NCBI GenBank assembly: GCA_965649825.1
Contig: OZ287699.1
Coordinates: forward strand, 960,477-1,024,476
Source of the DNA: Penicillus capitatus
Taxonomy: Eukaryota; Plantae; Chlorophyta
Length of the DNA: 64,000 bases
Reading direction: 5' to 3'
The notes beneath the pieces were generated by a model. The model had not been told where the DNA came from, made no database searches, and worked only from the letters and a program-made list of their open reading frames with translations. Each line of letters opens with the position of its first letter. The stretch's first letter is position 1. This document shows, in pieces, positions 59,685 to 64,000 of this stretch. The position numbers and the translations under genes are program-made.

Positions 59685-62600
59685 ATGAAGCTAGTGAAAC
59701 ACACTGAAGTGGCGTGGTTGCTTAAGCGAAAGCTATGCGTAAATCTCAGCTCGCTATGTTGCCTGATTTTGTTAACTTCGCTAAGAACGGACGCTTTCGA
59801 AAGTTCATATCGTCCGCCAGAGAACATCGAGCTCGATTTCTCGAAACTTATTTTTCCGGAGAAAAAGACAGAAGATGCACCCGCTGAAGTCGGTGAGGCG
59901 CAACGCTCTGACAAATTCGAATACCATCTGGCAAGCGATGTTTTGGAAATGACGAAAGACACGCCAGAAGAGTCGGAAGTGCACGGCAAGGATGAACCAG
60001 TTCTCTTGCCGAAAGGGAAAACGGTCGTAACTGAAATTATGGCCAAACAAAAAGATGAAAAAGAACTCAAATATGATGACGGGATGCCGATGGAAGACAC
60101 AGTGTCGATGCCGGCAATAGGATTCGGAATGGGAATCGTGCCTGAGGCTGTAAAATCATCTCAAGTGTCAGAGCCATTCAAAATGGATCTACCTTTGAAA
60201 AGTTCCTCAGCAGAAGAAATGCCAGTTGCTCAAGATAGTGAGACAGCGCAGGCCATGCCGCAATTCCTTTCCGAGGACGTGATGTCTGTTCCCATGCCAC
60301 CGGCAAAACAAGAGAGCATGGGGAAGGAACTCTCTTCTCCAATGAAAAAGGCCGATGATGTTCCGTCTATGGAAAGTGTCTGGTCTGCATCTGCAATATT
60401 GGATAAAGAGGAATCCACTCAAATGGAGACGGGACAGATGGCTGAAACAGAGCCACAGACGGGGGATACGCCAATAACAGGCAAAGATTTCTTGGGGGGC
60501 AAGTCATTGGGGAGCCTTCAACGCGTGGTTGAAAAGCAGACCACAACTGAAGAGCCGGTAGTCAAAGTAGGGATTTCAGAAGAGGAACAATCGAAGATCG
60601 ACGAAGAAAAGTCAGAAGAGGCGGATTTTACTTACAAGCCATTGTTTGACACAACCCGCATAAAAGAAGATTTAGAAGAGCAGACCACAACTGAAGAGCC
60701 GGTAGTCAAAGTAGGGATCTCAGAAGAAAAACAATCGAAGACAGATGAAAAAAAGACAGAAGAGACAGATCTTGCCTACAAGCCATTGTTTGACACAACC
60801 CACATTAAAGAAGATTTAGCCAAAGACACCACATCAGAACAGACAGAACATGAATCTAAAGGCGAAGAACATCGTGAGACTGGAATGGCAGAAAGTGTGA
60901 AAGGCAGTGGCGGTTCTGAAGAACAGACAATTGTCCCATTCATTCCAGGGAAAGTCATAATTCCAACAGGACAGAAGAGCCTCGGTTCCGTTCAGACGCC
61001 GGTTGATCAACCAGCTTCTCCCAGCGTAGTCCTACCAGTGAGTTCGATCGTAGCCAAGGGAGAAGAAGAGAGTACCGCCGTGCCCGAGGAGCCTACTGCG
61101 TCGACGGCGATCTCTGATGTAGAGGACAAGGAAGAAGAGGGCGCCACTGAAGCCGACAAGCCAACAAAGTCAATAGCGATCTCCGAGGAGGAGGATACCG
61201 CCGTGGCCGAGGAGCCCACAGTATCGACGGCGATCCCTGATGTAGAGGAGAAGAAAGAAGAGGGCGCCTCCACAACTGAAGAGCCCGCTGTGTTTATGGC
61301 CATTTCTGACATAGAGGAGAAGAAAGAGAAAGGGGCCACAATGACTGAGGAGCCCACTGCGTCGACAACGATCATCGGCATTAGTGAGAAAGAAGAAGAT
61401 GGTGCCGCCATGACCAAGCAATCTTCTGCATCGACAGCGATTTCGGGCGTCAGCAAGATAGAAGAAAAAGAAGCCGCTGTTGCTAAGGAGTCTATTGCCT
61501 CCAAGATCGTCTCCAGCATCGACGAGCCGGACGAAATCGGCACTGCGGACGAGCATTTTGTTCAGTCAGAGCTCATTTCAGAAGCTGGTAGTGAAAAAGA
61601 TGTCCAATCGATCAAGCAATCAGCTGCGTTGATTACAACTTCTGACGTCAGCAAAAAAGATGAAGAACACATTGCTACGGCGAAGAAGGCAGTCGTTCCA
61701 TTAGTGATCTCCAGTACCAGTGAAAAGAAAGAAGAAATCGTCGAGGACGAGCATTCAGCTGATTCGGCTGCAGACGATGGTGGCGAGAAAGATGTTCATC
61801 GGCTCAAGGAATCCACTGCGTCGACGGCGATCTCCAGCACCAGCAAGAAGGAAGAAGGGAGCGTCGCTAAGAGGGAGGAGCCCATTGTGTCCACAACCAT
61901 CTTTCATGTAGAGGAGAAGGAAGAAGAGGGCGCCACTGAAGCTGACAAGCCAACAGTGTCAACCGCCGTGGCCGAGGAGGAGGATACCGTCGTGCCCGAG
62001 GAGGAGGATACCGCCGTGGCCGAGGAGGAGGATACCGCCGTGGCCGAGGAGGAGGATACCGCCGTGGCCGAGGAGGAGGATACCGCCGTGGCCGAGGAGG
62101 AGGATACCGCCGTGGCCGAGGAGGAGGATACCGCCGTGGCCGAGGAGGAGGATACCGTTGTTCCCGAGGAGCCTACAGTATCAACAGCCATCTCCGATGT
62201 AGAGAAGGAGGAGGAAGAAGAGACCGAATCGGCCGAGCAAGCCGCCATCTCCGAGTCATTGCCCGGTATCAGCGACGAAGAGGAGCCAGTTATCGAAACT
62301 CCCTCTCCATCGGAGGATGCAATCCCATCTGTCTCGCCGATCGAATCGCCGCCGACAGAGTCCACGACAGACTCGTCGCAGGAAGCACCACCCTCGGAAC
62401 CAGAAACGACGTCGAAGCAGGAACCCGTCGTCGATCCCGAGGACGTCGAAGCCGCAGAGCCGTCTTCGCCAGGACAGTCGCCCGTGCACCCGGAAGAAGA
62501 GGATCAAGTCCAGGAGGAAGAGGAGGATCAAGCAGCCGGCTCCTCGGCGACCGGTGAGGATCCTGTCGAATCGTCGACGGGCGCGACGGAGGAGGCCCCC

Positions 62601-64000
62601 GTGGCAGCGAAGGCAGCAGAACCTCAGGCGCCGACAACCTTCTATCCATCGGCCCTGGGATCTCGGCAACAGGTCTCCACGTTGGCCGCCCTGAAGGAGA
62701 TCTTGGGCAGCGCCTTCGCCAATGCGACCAACGTCAAGACGGACGTCGAGACGGAGGAAGGAAGAGTGGCCATCCTGATCGAGGAGGGTGGCGATCTGCA
62801 GCTGGAGGGACTGGCGATCGGACCCATGGAGGGCGTGGACGTCCTCGTGAAGGTCGCCGCCGGCGGAGAGCTGAGACTCGACGACGTCTCCATTCGCGAT
62901 CGTCCGCAGCGTCGACTCAGGAAGGCCCTGAACGGCCGGGCCTCGATCAAGACGGGTCTGCTCGTCGACGGCGGCTCCGTCGTTTCCATCCGCGACTCCA
63001 CCTTCGAATCGGCCACCGACACGATGATCAGGGTCGCCGGAGGATCCCATCTCTCCTGCTCGGGATGCGTCTTCAGCAACAACGCCGGAGACAGAGGGGG
63101 AGCGCTGCTCGTCCGGGATTCGACCCTGCACCTCCGATCGTGCAGGATGACGGAGAACTCTGCGAACACGGGAGGCGCCGTCCACTTCGACGCAAGCGGC
63201 AGCGCTGCGGACTTCGATGCCTCAGTGCTGATCGAGGACACTCTGTTCTCCAGAAACGAGGCCCGCGGAAGAGGTGCCGGCGTCTACACGAGTTCCGCGC
63301 GGGCGATCCACATCGTAGACAGCAGGTTCCAACACGGCTCTGCGTCAGACGGCGGCGCCGTTTACATTCAGGATGTACGCATTGCTCAGATCGACCGTTC
63401 CGATTTCATCGACAACAAGGCCGATGGGTCGGGAGGTGGTCTCGTTGCCAAGTCGACTGAGACGCTGTCCGTTCTCAAATCCACTTTCAAGAACAACGAA
63501 GCGTTAGGTTCATTTGCTGGTGCTGGGTTCATGAGCAACTGCAGCGATGCAACATTCAGGTCCACCAATTTCGTTGATAATTATGCTGTGGAAGGAGGCG
63601 CATTGGCAAATATTGCTTACTCCACGCATCTAAGTAAATTCTATCTCCAAAACACTCAGTTCATGAACAACAAGGCCGACAATCTCGGCGGCGCATTACT
63701 TATACGTGGAGACACGAAATCTGAGGCATCTCACGAGGACGAGCGATCGCAGTCTGAATCTTTTTTGGCATCCATCAACTTAACCAGTTTTTCTGGAAAC
63801 TCTGCTAGGAAGGGCGGTGGAGTCTTTATCTCCTCCGACGTTTCGATAGATTTTGACGTGAAAATTGCCATGCAGCGTAGCAACTTTACGCAGAATAAAG
63901 CATCTGAAACAGGCGGGGGTATATACTGCGGAAATCATTCCAGAGTAGTGCTGTCCTTCTCAAAATTTGAACACAACAAGGCCTACAAAGGCATCAACTG
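59685..64000 (+). CDS. Large secreted/surface protein: acidic repeat stalk followed by Pmp-like right-handed beta-helix (3' end outside the window)
   Basis: One frame reads open from ATG 59685 to the window edge (>1,430 codons; absent from the ORF track because it has no stop). N-terminal hydrophobic stretch LSSLCCLILLTSL; Glu/Thr-rich region; then repeated FxxN-x-A...GGA(V/L/I) motifs. Confidence 0.85.
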   Translation, partial: MKLVKHTEVAWLLKRKLCVNLSSLCCLILLTSLRTDAFESSYRPPENIELDFSKLIFPEKKTEDAPAEVGEAQRSDKFEYHLASDVLEMTKDTPEESEVHGKDEPVLLPKGKTVVTEIMAKQKDEKELKYDDGMPMEDTVSMPAIGFGMGIVPEAVKSSQVSEPFKMDLPLKSSSAEEMPVAQDSETAQAMPQFLSEDVMSVPMPPAKQESMGKELSSPMKKADDVPSMESVWSASAILDKEESTQMETGQMAETEPQTGDTPITGKDFLGGKSLGSLQRVVEKQTTTEEPVVKVGISEEEQSKIDEEKSEEADFTYKPLFDTTRIKEDLEEQTTTEEPVVKVGISEEKQSKTDEKKTEETDLAYKPLFDTTHIKEDLAKDTTSEQTEHESKGEEHRETGMAESVKGSGGSEEQTIVPFIPGKVIIPTGQKSLGSVQTPVDQPASPSVVLPVSSIVAKGEEESTAVPEEPTASTAISDVEDKEEEGATEADKPTKSIAISEEEDTAVAEEPTVSTAIPDVEEKKEEGASTTEEPAVFMAISDIEEKKEKGATMTEEPTASTTIIGISEKEEDGAAMTKQSSASTAISGVSKIEEKEAAVAKESIASKIVSSIDEPDEIGTADEHFVQSELISEAGSEKDVQSIKQSAALITTSDVSKKDEEHIATAKKAVVPLVISSTSEKKEEIVEDEHSADSAADDGGEKDVHRLKESTASTAISSTSKKEEGSVAKREEPIVSTTIFHVEEKEEEGATEADKPTVSTAVAEEEDTVVPEEEDTAVAEEEDTAVAEEEDTAVAEEEDTAVAEEEDTAVAEEEDTAVAEEEDTVVPEEPTVSTAISDVEKEEEEETESAEQAAISESLPGISDEEEPVIETPSPSEDAIPSVSPIESPPTESTTDSSQEAPPSEPETTSKQEPVVDPEDVEAAEPSSPGQSPVHPEEEDQVQEEEEDQAAGSSATGEDPVESSTGATEEAPVAAKAAEPQAPTTFYPSALGSRQQVSTLAALKEILGSAFANATNVKTDVETEEGRVAILIEEGGDLQLEGLAIGPMEGVDVLVKVAAGGELRLDDVSIRDRPQRRLRKALNGRASIKTGLLVDGGSVVSIRDSTFESATDTMIRVAGGSHLSCSGCVFSNNAGDRGGALLVRDSTLHLRSCRMTENSANTGGAVHFDASGSAADFDASVLIEDTLFSRNEARGRGAGVYTSSARAIHIVDSRFQHGSASDGGAVYIQDVRIAQIDRSDFIDNKADGSGGGLVAKSTETLSVLKSTFKNNEALGSFAGAGFMSNCSDATFRSTNFVDNYAVEGGALANIAYSTHLSKFYLQNTQFMNNKADNLGGALLIRGDTKSEASHEDERSQSESFLASINLTSFSGNSARKGGGVFISSDVSIDFDVKIAMQRSNFTQNKASETGGGIYCGNHSRVVLSFSKFEHNKAYKGIN
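60537..60820 (+). repeat. Two-copy 144-bp (48-aa) coding tandem repeat
   Basis: QTTTEEPVVKVGISEE...YKPLFDTT.IKEDL starts at 60537 and again at 60681. Confidence 0.92.
61962..62171 (+). repeat. 24-bp coding minisatellite (TAVAEEED) x8 plus a partial unit
   Basis: ACCGCCGTGGCCGAGGAGGAGGAT units, mostly identical, in frame. Confidence 0.95.

Noticed and set aside
61962-62171. 24-bp direct repeat array as a possible CRISPR
   Set aside because: Repeats are head-to-tail without spacers, in frame in a coding sequence, in a eukaryotic context with no cas genes.
61007-63460. Long Ser/Ala-rich minus-strand ORFs and other-frame ORFs (e.g. 62256-63185)
   Set aside because: Antisense or frameshifted readings of the large repetitive + strand ORF.

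Overview
Gene-dense eukaryotic nuclear DNA read in the standard genetic code, with many short (~40-60 nt) spliceosomal introns. The plant-type genes (CDPK, COV1/LCV, GCK-domain, DUF220, U-box/ARM, LOLITA/TSPOON, plastid-targeted HisHF) point to a compact-genome green alga; the exact taxon cannot be determined. About 35 protein genes and one tRNA-Ser(UGA) are supported, and multi-exon gene bounds are approximate. The most eventful region is 11.8-21.6 kb, a tandem duplication with a 6-bp microhomology junction covering [GCK last exon - thioredoxin - unknown gene X - DHHC 3' end]. In the left copy the thioredoxin has lost the canonical start (ATG->ACG) and uses a new upstream ATG. It reads sequence matching the sister copy's 5' UTR as an N-terminal signal peptide, reads former 3' UTR as a C-terminal tail, and its exons have diverged far more than its intron. 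An intact 4.9-kb Ty3/gypsy LTR retrotransposon with identical 181-bp LTRs and a 4-bp target-site duplication has inserted just downstream of this gene, and the empty site survives in the right copy. Other notable items are a ~1,900-aa pure armadillo-repeat gene, a >1,400-aa intronless secreted acidic-repeat / Pmp-like beta-helix protein running off the right edge, and a tRNA only 44 nt upstream of the HisHF start codon.
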